64,000 bases of DNA from Camelus ferus (taxonomy: Eukaryota), in contig NC_045696.1 in NCBI RefSeq assembly GCF_009834535.1, forward strand, positions 89,096,001 to 89,160,000, given 5' to 3'. Each line of letters begins with the position of its first letter. Position 1 is the first letter of the stretch. The position numbers were made by a program, and so were the translations under genes. Positions 26,961 through 40,890 of this stretch are shown one piece after another. The notes beneath the pieces were generated by a model. The model did not search any database. It had not been told where the DNA came from and worked only from the letters and a program-made list of their open reading frames with translations.

Positions 26961-27379
26961 TTGTAATTGCAGTACAGGACCAATTTTGCACTGAGTTATG
27001 TGGGTGGAATGTTTGGGGAAGGCTCTCACCACCTCCTTAATGATAACAAAATTTCTATTAGCTTTGTTGCTTTGCTTTCTGAACTTGTTATTTCTTAAAA
27101 TGTAGTAGTATCTTGGTAGTAACATATTAAACTTGTTCTTATTAGGTCCTTTTCTCAGTAATTTGGCTAGCTGAGAGCAGATTTCGGATGAAAGCGTGAA
27201 AATAGAGATATAGAATACTATTTCCCAGGGATATGACTTCTGATGGGGAGAATTTTGGGCTTGCCATAGAACACCATCAAGGTCCTGGATATTTGGGGTG
27301 ATGCTAGTGATATTTGCCCAGAGCCAGAACTAAAATGGCCAGCCTCTTAATTTTTTAAGCCCACCTTTAGACAAAAATA

Positions 27380-28340
27380 TGAGCATACCTCGGAGATACT
27401 GTGGGCAATATTCGGGTTTGGCTTTAGGCTACTGTCATAAAGCAAACATCACAGAAAAGGGAGTCGCACGGATGTGTTGTTTTCTCAGTGCATATGAAAG
27501 TTATGTTGACAGCATACTGTGATCTATTAAGTATGTAATAGCATTATGTTTTTTAAAAAAACAATGTGCATACTTTAATTAAAAAAATATTTTGTGGGTA
27601 AAAAATGCTAACCATCATCTGTGCCTTCAGCAGTCATAATCTTTGTGCTGGTAGAGGGTGTGGCCTCGATGTTGATGGCTGCTGACTGATCAAGGTGGTG
27701 GTTGCTGAAGGTTGGGGTGGCTGTGGCAGTTTCTTAAAGTAAGATGCGAGTGACCCTTCCTTTCAAGAATGATTTCTCTGTAGCGTGCAATGCTGTTTGA
27801 TAGCATTTTACCCACAGTAGAACTTCTTTCAAAATTGGAGTCAGTCCTCTCAAACCCTGGCACTGCTTTATCAACTAAGTTCATTTCATATTCTGAATTC
27901 TTTGTTGTCATTTCTATAATCTTCACAGAATCTTCCCCAGGAGTATATTCCTTCTCAAGAAACAGCTTCTTTGCTCATCCATAAGAAGCAACTGCTTACT
28001 TGTTAAACTTCTGTCATGAGGTTGTAGTAATTCAGTCACATCTTCAAGCTCCAGTTCTAATTCTCTTCCAGTTCTAGTTCTCTTGCTATTTCTACCACAT
28101 CTTATGTTACAATGGTAACACAAAAGATCACCGATCATAGGTCACTGTAACAAATAATAAAAAAAATTTTGAAATATTGCTAGAATTACCAAAATGTGAT
28201 ACAGATACGAGGTGAACAAATGCTGTTGGAAAATGTTGCTTAATAAGCTTGCTCGACACAGGGTTGCCACGGACCTTCAATTTGTAAAAAATGCATTATC
28301 TACAAAGTGTAAAAAGTGAAGCACAATAAAAGTATGTCTG
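27380..28340 (-). mobile_element. Internally deleted Tigger1 DNA transposon
   Basis: Degenerate TIRs (gcatacctcggagatact... / ...agtatgtctg) flanked by TA; minus-strand ORF 27690..27926 ([42 protein letters not shown]) resembles the Tigger1/TIGD1 transposase C-terminus; frameshifted. Confidence 0.9.
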
Positions 28341-29092
28341 TATATTGCTAAGTCTCTCAAAAGCATAACAGCAAATGATTGTATGTTCTTGTTCAATGAC
28401 ATGGTGGTGCTTCATAGCTCAAAATAACATCAGTTTTAGTTGGTTAACAAATTGTGAATACAGATCGCATTTATGTTCCATAAACTTTTTTTTAAAAGCT
28501 ACTTTTTCTATTGTTTTCCTTCTCTTTTTTGTTTATGCATATTGTATTTTTTGTAAATTATTTTTACTTAAGCAAGCCAAGAGTAATTTTTGTTTACTTT
28601 TTCATATTCTGTGTTCTAAGAAACCTGTGTTACCTGCAGTTTATTGCTTGGAATTATGGAAAAAATAGAAAACCTCACCAGTATTGTGAAGGTACAAATA
28701 GTGATTTGTATTAAGTTGTTTAATTAAGTATACTAGAAAGCTTATATTTTGAAAGTTTATGGCAAAACAGAACTTACAGATCCAAAGAAATCTGAGAAAC
28801 CTATCAACCAATTATAATGATTGTACCTTATTTGCATCTTAATTCCAGCAAACTGAAGGAAGAAAAGACAATTGGAAAAATCTGAACAGTGACTAGATAT
28901 TGATAATAGGGAATTATTGTTAATTGTTTTTAGGTTTAATAATAGTATTAAGATTAGGTTTCAAGTATTTTTTAGTAATACATACTGAAATATTTAGTGA
29001 TGAAATGATGTGATGTCAAGGTTTGCTCAAAATGATCTGGGCCGTGGAGAAGTAGGTGGTGATACAGATAAGAATTAGCCATTTGTTGATAA

Positions 29093-29870
29093 TTGTTCTC
29101 AAAGTGTGGTCGCTGGCCCAGAAGCTTGAGCACCACCTGGGAACTTGTTAGATAGAATGCAAATACTTTGGCCCCACCGTAGACCTTCTAAATCAGAGAG
29201 AGTGGGGTGGAGCCCAGCAATTTATTGTAACAACCCCTGTATTGTGTAAAGTGTAAGTCTAATACACATTAAACTTTTAGAACCACTGCTTTATGTTATT
29301 CTTCCAATTTTAGTTTATGTCTGAAATTCTAATAAAATGTTTCAAATAAAAAGACTAGCTTGATGAATGTAAGAAACCAAATTTTTATATAACAAAGAGA
29401 GGCTGGATTAGAGGCTAAAACAAAGGTCCTGTAATTTTCTCAACAGTTAGCAGATGAATTGGCACAATATTAGCAATGAGCCAGTGGCTAATGATAGTCT
29501 TAAAGCAAATCACAGATTTTGCTTTTCTCTTAGAACAGTGGCTCTACATTAAAATCACCAAGAGAACTTGTAAAAACATATCCAGACCCCACCCCAAGAA
29601 ATTCTGGATTTAGTTAGTTGCATTCTTGGGTTTTGGTATTTTTTTGAAAGCTTCCCAGATGATTCTAATGTGCAACCAGAGTTGAGAACCAGTGTCCTAA
29701 CTTTACAATGCTTAAGAATCTCCTGAAGAGCTCATTAAAAGTTTCCTGGCCTCATCCCCTAGAGGGTCAGATTCAATAGGATGGTGTGGGACCTATTAAT
29801 TTGCATTTCTAACGAGATCACAGGTGATACAGATGCTTCTGGCCTGAGCACATTTTGAGTAACACTATCT
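29093..29870. mobile_element. Cluster of MER5-type hAT MITEs
   Basis: gttctcaaagtgtggtc...cacctgggaacttgttaga...agaaccactg; ccagatgattctaatgtgcaaccagagttgagaacc; atttgcatttctaacgagatcacaggtgat. Confidence 0.75.
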
Positions 29871-30087
29871 TAAACTAAGGTCAAAGAAAGAGATAAGCGT
29901 AAGTGAGAAGGATAGTTAAAAATTTGTCTTCAGGATTCTTGCCGTTAGCACCACCCAATTACATCCAAGGAGTCTGCCTCATTTCTTTCTAGACGTTAGA
30001 AATGCAAATGTGAACCAAATGTTCTATGGCTTATTTGGAGAAGAAAAGAGACTTAGAGCATTACAAGTCTCTTTAAAAGCACAAATG

Positions 30088-30216
30088 ATAAGCACAGGGA
30101 ATATAGCTAATACTTTATAATACATTTGAATGGAGTATATTCTATAAAAATTTTGAATCTCTGTGTTGTACACCTGACACTAATTTTGTAATTCAACTAT
30201 ACCTCAGTTTAGAAAA
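30088..30216 (+). mobile_element. Short L1 3' end
   Basis: agcacagggaatatagc...tgttgtacacctgacactaa...tcaactatacctcagttt plus A-rich tail. Confidence 0.7.
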
Positions 30217-31069
30217 AGGACAAATGCATAAATCGACTATATTTCAGTTTAAAGAAGTGAAAGATGAAATGCATAAAAGGAAAAAATACTTAACAAATCA
30301 TAAAAAAGGACAAATAATAAATAGATCCTTTTGATTTACCAATAAAAGTTATTAAATTTACCGATTGGACAAAATATAACCCTGTCCCTTCAAATTTAGT
30401 AACTATTAAAGACTCCTTCTCTGATGATTTGCTTGTGCTTGTATTTTTTTTATTACTATAGTAATCACAAAGAGGAAGAAATCACTTCTTAATTTTAAAA
30501 GAAGAATTTAATATAGCTTGGATTTCATGGTTCATGTGGACTCTGAAAGAAATCAGAGGAATTTAGGGTGATGATAATATCTAAAATTTCTTTCCATTTT
30601 CTCCTGTTAGGATCAGGCATCCATGAGTTCTTAGATAAGTATTTTTAAGTTTAATTTTAGTAAGATGTTTCTCTCTGGTTCTTTGGGTATTTTAAAATCA
30701 TACTTTAAAGTAAAGAGTTTTAAAATATGAATCTTCATGCTGCTGATGAAACAAAGCTTATGGTTTTTTCATTACCTTCTCCATAATAGCTTTGTTACAG
30801 GGCCTTTTATTTAAACAAACGGTTAGAGGTTTGAAGGGAAATAGGAGGGAGCTGAAAAAAAGTGTCAGTGAGTAGTAAGTCATTCAGCCTTTTTATTGTA
30901 CATGTGAACTTTTATTGGGAATTTAAAGTCTTGTTTTATAGTAGTGTGAATGAATGAAATTTTTTATGTATATTTTTGATTTTCTCCAAATTTTTTGTCA
31001 GCGAGCCCATAGCTAATAATGCATATTTTTAAAAAATAATGTAAAAGAAAAAAAAATACCCATCCAAGG

Positions 31070-31105
31070 ACAACAACAACAACAACAACAACAAGAACAA
31101 CAACA
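31070..31105. repeat. (CAA)n microsatellite
   Basis: Directly visible. Confidence 0.9.
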
Positions 31106-31281
31106 AAATCAAGACTTAATTTGACTACAGGTTATAAGATTGAAAGAATGAAAAGAAAATATATATAAATTTAGTCAAATAAATAAATCATCCTTCTAGT
31201 AAATATACGTTTCATCTGAAAACTGAAAGAAAATGTATATAACACTGTCTTTGAAAAAGTTTTTTTTCTTAATGTCTTATT

Positions 31282-31304
31282 CACACACACACACACACAC
31301 ACAC
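31282..31304. repeat. (CA)n microsatellite
   Basis: Directly visible. Confidence 0.9.
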
Positions 31305-31788
31305 GAATCTCTTTTGTCCCAGTTGATACTCATTGGTATCTCTAGATAGCTTTCTCAGATAGCTTCTAGAAGAGGTTATACTTAATGCATTGTGGAAAAA
31401 AATCCATTTACCTGTCCTTTCATGGAGTAAGATGTGTATCAGAGATATTTTAGTTACACTGTATGTTCAATTTTGATTACATTATAATATTTCAATAATG
31501 TCATCAAAAATTGAACACACAATGTTGAAATATTATAATAAATGTTTAGATGTAGAGACTATAGAGATCCTTACAAATTAATAGTAAAATGTCTTTGCTT
31601 CTCTCTGTGGAATCTTTGTATTTCACTTTTCAGTATTACTGCTTAAAGGTAATAATGTAAATCAAAATGGTATGGGTGTTTTGCAGTTCTTGAGAGATTT
31701 CATACACTTTTATCATGTTATTTATTCTGCTGTGTACTTTAAAAATTATATCTCATTAAGAAAAGCATTTCTTAGTAATTCTTGAATA

Positions 31789-31848
31789 CAGGTACGTTCT
31801 TTTTATTTTTTTTTTATTTTTTTATTTTTTTTCAGGTACGTTCTTTTT
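31789..31848 (-). mobile_element. Poly(A)-tail-only retroposed insertion with a 16-bp TSD
   Basis: caggtacgttcttttt repeated at 31789-31804 and 31833-31848 around a 28-nt T-rich run; TT/AAAA L1-endonuclease-type site on the minus strand. Confidence 0.8.
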
Positions 31849-31915
31849 AAAATTACCTGAATATGTTAACATATGCTCAATTTAAAACCTCTTTAAAAAT
31901 TTTTAAATAAATTGA

Positions 31916-32122
<207 letters not shown>

Positions 32123-32471
32123 TGATTGTGTTCCATGTTTGATTAAATCTGCTTCTTTTCACATTAGTTCACAATACAGAATATGGAATTATCTTCATTG
32201 ATTATATATAAAAATTCAGTCATATTAGAAATATTTTAACTATATGGTTAGTAACTTTTTCATGACATAAAATATGAACCTTTCACTGATATAGAACTGA
32301 GTTCCCACAGCTACTGCAGTTATGGGGTTGAGGCGGGGATGAAACTGAGTCCCCCCAAAACCAAATTCATCTGCCAAGTTTATGTTAACCTCTCTATCAA
32401 AAACATTATTCCCTTTCTTGTCCCATGCCGGTTCCCCCCAAGATGGTGGAGTATCAAAGAAAATGGGGCAT

Positions 32472-32929
32472 TGAAACCGAGCAGGACCCTGCAGGGGCCC
32501 TCCTAAGTACGAGAGCCCATGTGTTTGAGCTGTTCTACAGAAACTAAGACCCCACCCAAGTGGAGGATGGTGACTACATGCTTGAACCAGACTGGTTAGA
32601 ACTAGAAGGATGATATTTAAGAAACATCACCCTGTTACCTCACCACCAACTAATCAGAAGAAAGTCACATACCCTGCAGTCCCTACCCCAAATTTTGCTA
32701 TTAAAAACTCTTCCCCCAATGGAAAAGAATCTGGAAAAGAACTCCAAAAAGAAAAAAAAAAAAAAAAAAAAGTCTTCCCCCAAAACTCTGAGGGAATTAG
32801 GGCCTTTCGAGCATGAGCTGCCTGTTCTTCTTGCATAGCCCTTGCAATAAACCTTTCTCTGATCCAAACTTCAACGTTTTGGTTTGTTTGGCCTCACTGT
32901 GCCTCAGGCACAGGAACTTGGGTTCGACA
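32472..32929 (+). mobile_element. ERV solo LTR (ERV1-like)
   Basis: TG...CA ends, TATTAAAA TATA-like motif, AATAAA followed by a U5-like region; contains a small poly(A) insertion. Confidence 0.75.
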
Positions 32930-33734
32930 GGGTTAGTGAAACTTGAAGCCTTGAGGGAATATGTGGATTCTGTTGAGGAAGGAGGGAGGAAGCTGTGACA
33001 AGTTAGATTTAACTCCTGGAACTGACCTCAAGGCAGACCTAACCTGCTGGTCACTGTCAGAATTACATTATTTTTTAAATTTATAATTGTGTGAGTTTAT
33101 CTAACCTGATTCAAAAACATTTTCTTTTTCCTTTTAAGAATTACCTAAGGCAAGCTAAAATGGGGAAATGGTGGGAAGTTCTTACTGGGAATTAGGAAGA
33201 AAAACAGGTACTTTTGGAGTGAAATTCTTTATAGATTAAGACAGGAAGGTTGAAATGTGCCAATGGAGTTGGGGGGAGAAATATTTTACAGATCTGAGAA
33301 CATCAGTGGGAGGGGTTACTTAATCAATTGTAAGCTTCTTAAGGGTTCAGTACTAAATTTCACTCATCTTTACCTTCCTACAGGGCCTAGGCCAATGCTT
33401 TGTGTATAATAAGCACTCAAGAAGTATTTTAAAGTTAGTTGATGAGAGGTAATAGGAGTGGCCAAAGACAAACCCTCTCCCAGAGAAAAGGGAACTCTAC
33501 CTTCCTTTTCTTCTTCCTATCCGTATCACTTACCTCTATCTTCAGTATTCAGAATTCAGATGATTATAATCACTATAAAAATTTGAAGGCATATGTCTTG
33601 TGATTTCCTGGATGGGTCTATTCAAGAATCCTTTAGCCTAAGTATTCAAGTTTTTTCAAATTGGATAATATGGTCACCAGAATAATAATAATTAGGTGCC
33701 TTATACACTTTCTTTATTCTGTTTCGTTATTTAA

Positions 33735-34330
33735 AAAATTTTAAACTTATTATGGAGAATTTAAAACATACGCAAAAGTAGACAGAATAGTATAATGAAT
33801 CTCTATGTAGTTATCACCCAGCCCCAACAGCCATTAACTCAGGATCAGGCCTGCCCCATCCATGTCCATATCTACTCTCTCCCTCCCTCAAGTATTTTGA
33901 AGCAAATTCAGCTATCATATTTCAGCTGTGAAAATTTCAGTATATACAGCTAAAAGATAAGGACCCTTTTTAACATACCCACAATGCTATTCTCATACCT
34001 TAAAAATAATAATTCCTTAATATTATCAAATATCCAAGCAGTGTTCAAATTTTCATCAATTCCCCCATGTCACATTTTAAAAATTTGTTTGTTTGAATCA
34101 GGATCCAAAATGGTTTATATGTTGCAATTGGCTAATATATCTTTAAAGTCAATTTTAGTCTATAGATTCCCCTTCCATTTCTGTTTTCCCCCCTGCAGTT
34201 TATTTGTTGAAAAAACCAAATTTTTTGTCTAGCCCCACAGTTTGGCCTTTACTGATTGTATCCCCATGGTGTGGTTTGACATATTTCTCTGTCTTCTGTA
34301 TTTCCTGTAAATTAGTAGTTGGATCTAGGT
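33735..34330 (-). mobile_element. Old L1 (L1MC/L1ME-like) 3' region
   Basis: tattatggagaatttaaaacatacgcaaaagtagacagaatagtataatg...ttgtttgaatcaggatcc. Confidence 0.7.
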
Positions 34331-36849
34331 GATGGTGTAAATATACATATACATTTTAGTTAACCTGGGAACCAAAACATTATTTATAGTGTTGTGTCTA
34401 TGACAACGAGTGCATTGTGAGTTCTAATCAGCTGATTTGAGGACACAGTTTTATTCATATAGTGCATGGGGGCCAGCTAATATAGTATTGCTAAAACAAG
34501 TTCCCCTTTCTAAAAGATGATAACCCAGACTCATCTAGTCATTCCAGCTCCAAATCTCTGGTATGGAAAAGTATAAATAAATGCAAATTTTAATTATTCC
34601 CCCTCCTCTCCATATTCCTGATTTATAATGATGAAGGGAAAACAGGGCGGTTGCAATGAAAACTATTTGGAAAAAGGGAGAAAGGAAAACAACACACCAT
34701 AATGACCAGGTCCATAGCAAAAACCCAGCTGGCCAGGGATATCCTGAGAACTCTTCTCCTTAGCATTAAAGTTAGTTGCATGGTTAATGTGGCAACTCTA
34801 GTTTACCCTTCTGATGATCTCCCATTTGGAGGATTCCTTTTCTGTGGTCTGAATATTTTAGCAGCTCACTTAATGTTGTAAGGTGGAGCCACAGATTGCT
34901 ATAGGGACAACAATCACAACTTTTTGTTTGCCTGGGTTGGAGTTTTGCAGTTTCCTTAGAAGCTTAGTAGACTCGGAAACCAGAGATCATGTTGAGTCCT
35001 GATTGTTAAGTCTAGACCTGGACCTGGCAGTTGCTACCTAGCAATAGCCTCCATTGCCCTACCTGTCTCCCTGGACCTCAGCTTTTAGGTGACACCATAA
35101 CCTAGAGTGGGAAGGTTTGTTAATTTTCCTCGTCTCCACACTGAATCCCAGTAGATGATTCTTTCCAAAAGGATAGTTGATGTCTTTGTTGGGAGGGAGT
35201 ACCTGGAAGGGAGAGGGTACAGTTGGAGGAGCTGAGACATTCCTCAGATCTCGAGTTTACCATTTTCTCTTTCCCACCACTCTTACTTCAGCATGGGGCG
35301 CAGCCTTGGCTTTTAATTGTTGTCATGGTACAGTTTGATTCTTAGTCACTCAATCTCCTGTAAAGATAAGAGTTAATGAAAGAGTGATTTTTGAGGATTA
35401 AATGAGATGATATATGTAAAATAAAAATAAAAGGTAATTATTGCTATGATTATATCTATGTTTTGGATTAAATGAGTATTTTGGAAACGTGGAAGCGGAA
35501 GTTTTGGACTTAACGTTAGTCAGGAGTCTGAATACTGTGGTCATGTAGAGTATTAGGTGATTAAGTTATCAAGAGGTTAATCCTGGAGCTGTCCTGAATT
35601 GAACAAAGTAAATGGGTGCATTTTAAACTTCAGCACAGGACATTTCTGATGTGGGGTTTGCCATAGTTTTTAAATTTTAACAGTACTTATCAGCACATCT
35701 TTAGTTTGTTATTATGACTGGGATGCTTTATTCCTGTTTGGTTCTAGTGTTCCAAGATTCACAAAAAAAGAGAATTACCCCATGTGTCACTTTAGGCCAA
35801 TATGACTTTTAATTTGAATAATGGCAGAGGCTTATACAATGGGATTATTTAAATATTGAATTTTCCTACACTTGTATTAACAGCTAGTTTATTTCACTGG
35901 GTATCATGTTGCTTTAAAGAAACTACCGTATAACTTCCTTTAGAAACTTTTATTTCATTCCATTAGCTTTAAAATGTTTCTAGGAGAGGATAGCGTTTTG
36001 GACCTTTTAAAAATCTCTGGGAGCTCAGACTTATGGTAAAAATGGTGTCATAAGTTCAACTTGGAAGGAAGAGACATACCTTTGGCTCCAAGGAGATCAA
36101 TAATATATGAAATATTTTTTAAAAGACTTATCTGGACTCAAAAACAGGATCAACATCTCTATGGACCAGAAATGGAACAAAAATGCAGAGTGTAGACTGA
36201 CGTCTCCAATCTGCTTGACTCCTGGTCCAGAAGCAGGGAGGCAGAGGCAGCGCAGAGCGTGGCTCTTGCAGGCTGATGGACCTGAAAGGACTTGAAGTGA
36301 GACAAATGGCCTGAGCCAGGTCTCTGAAATCAGAGCATGGGGGTCTGTGGGGTAGCTCTCTTCTCCCCTTCTGGAAGAATACCTAGAACAGCCTAGCATT
36401 TAAAGAGAGACGCACAGAGGCATTGTGTACAGTCGTGGCTTGCTCAGTTCCAGGGAGCACATCGCTGAGACCTAGAGTTGTATGGTACACAGCCGGCAGC
36501 ATAAACCTGTGCCCGTGAACACAGAGCTCTGCCGCTTCACTGAAAGCACGCTTCACATTTTTGTTCTAAGTAAAACCCAGCTGATTCCTGAGACCAGTGT
36601 TTCTCCTACAGCCTTCTCAAGTAGGAGGCTTCTTTATGCCAAGTATTACTGGCTCTGGAGGTCGGGTAGGTATCTTCCTTACCCCTCATTGCTGAGTCCA
36701 GACCACAGTGCCTTCTTCCCTAAAGAACTCCAGCTCCTTTGAAGCACCTGCCGTCGGACTACTCTCTCTTTGCAGTCATTTCCTCCACTCATTGAAGAGT
36801 GAAGCAAACATATCGGTATCTTTTTCTTTACCACTAGTCCTGGCAACAC

Positions 36850-38600
36850 TTTTTTGTTAAGACTTTTTAAAAAATGTCTCAAAGATAAGAACTGTTTTTA
36901 TGTTAACATAATCATAGTGATATTTTGCATTTCTCTAGTTGTCTCCTGAGACTTTCTACAGTAACATGTCTCATTTCTCCAATTATTTTCTAAATATATA
37001 TTTTTATGGTCGGTTGGTTTGTATCAGGAAGCAAAGCCCCATATTGCATTTAGTTAATTTGTCTCTTCAGTCTTTTAAAATCTGGAATAATTCCTCCTCC
37101 TTGTTATTTATTTATTTGTTTATTTAAGAAACCAGGTCATTCGTTCTGTTGAATTTCCCACATTTCCTGTTTGCATCCCTGTGGTATGATTACATTTAAC
37201 ACGTTCATCTGACCCTTGTATTTCCTGTAGACTGGTTGGTAGATTTAGATCCCTCATAAGTATAAAGGATACTTTGTAGGTGATGCAGCTCACTCCCTAT
37301 TACATCAGGAGACACACGTCAGCTTATCTCTCTTTTAGTGATGATAAGATTGATCTGTGTGTTCAGGTGTTATAAGTCTGATTCATCTGTCATATAGTTT
37401 CTCATTAGACTTTTGCTTTAATATTTTTAGCAGCCATAGATGATGCTTATTAAGAACCATGTTTCACTGGGAGTTGCGTCTTGTAATTCTATCATTCTTT
37501 CTGCATTTATTAGCTAAAATTCTTCTATAAAAGGCCTTGCCTTATCAACCATTTGATTACCCTGAAATGAGACAAATTCTGAATTATTTTTCTTTATATA
37601 CCAATTTTCAAATAATGAGTTGATTTCCTAGCATGCCCAAAGAGTTTCTTTGTTGTTATGTTATGTTCTATGTTGCTGCTGCTGATGTTATCATTATAAA
37701 TTGGCAGATTTCAGCATTTTTGATATGTTTCAATCCATTGCAGTTCTCTTTAATGCTCGAATAATCCTATCTTTGGCCAGTAGACTCCCGTGTTCTTTTG
37801 AGATGATTTTAATAGCTTATTTGCATTTCTGACAAGACGTTCCAGGCTCCTTACCCATTTCCTGTCCCAGACTTGGAATCAGCTACTTTTCCAATAAGGC
37901 ATTGTACCTTTTGAGGGGGAATGTTATTTAGAGACCATGATCCAGGTTCTAGGTGTGCTCATTGCTACTGGTTTGATCATTACTTCTAGACAAAATGTAT
38001 TTGTTTTTGACAGATAAAAATATGTCATGAGTGTATACTGAGGTTTCAAGTTCAAATTCAAGGTTATGGAATTTTACTGTTGATTTTTTTATTTGCAGTT
38101 CCTACCTCTTACAAAAAAATTTTGGTTCCTAAAGACATTAATATATCTTAAAATATAGTTTAAAATAACAATCTCAATATTATTGTAATAATATATTACT
38201 GAATACTGTTTTAGATTTTTTGTTTTTTTTTTAGATAAACAAATCTATATACCTTCATATCCTTCCCTTTACAAGATGAAAGGTATCATACTATACACAG
38301 TGTTCTGCATCTTGCATTTTTATTTTACAATATATTGTGGAGATCACTCCATAGATCTTACGCAGTCCTTTTTATAGCTGTATATTATTCTACTTTGTGA
38401 ATGTACCACAATTGAGTCAACCTATCCTATATTGATAGACATTTGGGCTGTTCTCATTCTTTTGCTATTATCAGTAGTGCTGTATGTAGTAATAGCCTGT
38501 GTGTATGTTATTTCATAGTTTTGCTCATTTATTTTGGGATAGAATTATATAGGTAAGATTGCTGGGCCAAAGATTATACATATATAATCCTTGTCATGGT
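36850..38600 (-). mobile_element. Old L1 (L1MC/L1ME-like) fragments
   Basis: ccagacttggaatcagctacttttccaa...gttctaggtgtgctcattgctactgg; ctattgatagacatttgggctg. Confidence 0.65.
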
Positions 38601-39638
38601 GATAATAGTTTGGTGGGGTTAGGAGTTGGGGAATAGGTAATAAAAATATAATATGCCTTATAGGTATAAGTACTTCGAAAAAGTATTTATAAGAAGTTTG
38701 ACTTTATCTTCCTATTTTTCTTTCCATACCCTTTTATTCTACATTAATACTATAATTTTCACATTAATTTAGAAAGATAACATTTTGAGTGGAGTTTAAA
38801 GAAATACTAACTTCTAGGTACAATTAATCTCTTTTTCTCAATTTTTTCACCTCTTACTATCAGGTCTTACCCATTCTGGTATTGATCAGAGGTTTCATAA
38901 ATTTGACTTGACCAACATTTTTCTTAATTTGTTGCAGATTATCCATAAACTTCAAGATTTTTGGCTGATACTGCCTAGTGTTAAAATCCTTGTAAACTTT
39001 ATTCAGTTAAACTTTTATAATGATTTTGACTATCATAGGCAAGTCTCCATTTGTTAGTTGGTGCTTAGCTTTCTTACATATTATCTTACATGTGTTTTTA
39101 CATATGGAAATGTGTTCCACCCCACTCTGTGCAGCTTGGCTTCTTCACTATGCAATTGGTTTCTTTACTGACACCACCTACTCCTCTTTTGATTTTTCAA
39201 GTTATTATATCTCTTTTTCTAGAAGTTAAATTTTAAAGTAAAATCTACCCCTAAAAAGAGATCCTTTTACTGTTTTGGGCAGAAATCATACAGTCTCTTT
39301 CCAACTATGCCATATTCCTTTGACTATGTATCTCAGTGTTGTAGTGTTTTTCACCATATTGCTTTATTGCTACATCATACAGATTGGCTTTCAGGTTAGA
39401 AATCTCTATAGGTCTTTTTCTACTCATTTCTAAGACGTTTTCTGTGTCTGCTCTTTTGTTGGTTGATTTTTATACCCAAATATGTTATTATGCCTAGTTC
39501 CTATTGAATTCTTCTTTTTTATATTTAGGTAGTCAAGAATATGTTGAATTTTTTTTGTGTTTCAAAATCTTGCTAACTTCCTAATTAAAAGTTTGATGTA
39601 TTTTAATGTTTGTTGGTGTTTCATTTTTCCTTGTTTAG

Positions 39639-39758
<120 letters not shown>

Positions 39759-40369
39759 TAAGCATCTTGCATTTCTTAAAAATTCAGAGTTTTGTCTGTG
39801 AGGATGAATTTACTTTCAAGCTTTCATATCAATATGAGTTGGTTTAAACTTAATTTCCTCAGAACCTCACCGATCTTGAACTTACTCCCAACCAAGAAGT
39901 GATAAAAAGTGAGCTATGAGCAGGGAAAATAGATCTAATAAAGTTTGTGCATCAAAGGTTAGTAATCACTTTTATAAAACAAAATATCTTCTCTGAGATA
40001 GTGTTTGCCCTTACTTTACTCATAGCTCTAAGGACTTTAGTATAATTCGATTTAAAGCCCAGAGACAATTAGGAGCATCTGATGAATGATGGGAAAAGGA
40101 ACCACATAACTGCTGGCAGAGGTGACAGCTAGCAGCCTGACAACAGGCTGAAAGACACTCAGTAAGGACACATGGAGGTATTTGGGCTTCATGTCATAGC
40201 CCAGGGTAATCATGGATGTTCATATTGATAATCCAGAGTTGTCCAGAAATGATGAAAGAAAATATATTAAATATACTTTATATTAGAAAGTAGGGAATGA
40301 TTCAATACATTCAAGAAACTTGTGCCTAAAGCTTTATAAACTTACTTTGTGTTTTTTAAAAGCATAACT

Positions 40370-40890
40370 CAATGTGTGCTGATAAATGTTGAACTGGCTT
40401 TCTGGAAACAAACCAACCAACCTGATTTGCAGTGTTTGCCAATTTCTTTGAAGTAAATACTTCTACCATAGCCAATTTCAAGCTACCAATATGATGTCAC
40501 AGAATTAAAAAGGGATGCACAGTGACAAACCATTATGTAGAATTGCCACCATATAGATAAAAGAGATCTAAATAATCTGAAGTGCATAGATAATAAGAAA
40601 ATGTAATAAAATAATTTAGAAATGATAGATTTTGAGTATTTATTATCTTCGTTTTGAATATAATTGCTTAATTATGTTATATAATTTAATTTATTTTTAT
40701 TTAAAAACATTTTTTAATGGAGGTACTGGGGATTAAACCCAGGACCTCATGCATGCTAGGCATGTGCTCTGCTACTGATCTATACTCACCCCTCTATAGT
40801 TTAATTTTAAATAATAGCCTTATTTAACAGTTGGCTTGCAAAATTCCTGAAAATATAACAGTCGTACAGGCTGGCTCTGGTATGCCACCA
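40370..40890. mobile_element. MER63-like hAT relic, interrupted by a SINE
   Basis: gtgtgctgataaatgtt...gtaaatacttctaccatagccaatttcaagctaccaatatgatgtcac. Confidence 0.65.
40692..40794 (-). mobile_element. tRNA-derived SINE, vic-1-like
   Basis: ggaggtactggggattaaacccaggacctcatgcatgctaggc...; imperfect TSD tata(a/g)tttaattt. Confidence 0.85.

Noticed and set aside
27690..28138. Transposase-like ORFs (TIGD1-like)
   Set aside because: Fragmented, frameshifted remnants of an internally deleted Tigger1, not a domesticated gene.
36097..36882. GC-richer patch with several overlapping 60-100 aa ORFs and a TGACGTC motif
   Set aside because: No coherent exon structure; KNRINISMDQKWNK resembles decayed L1 ORF2; a single motif is insufficient evidence.
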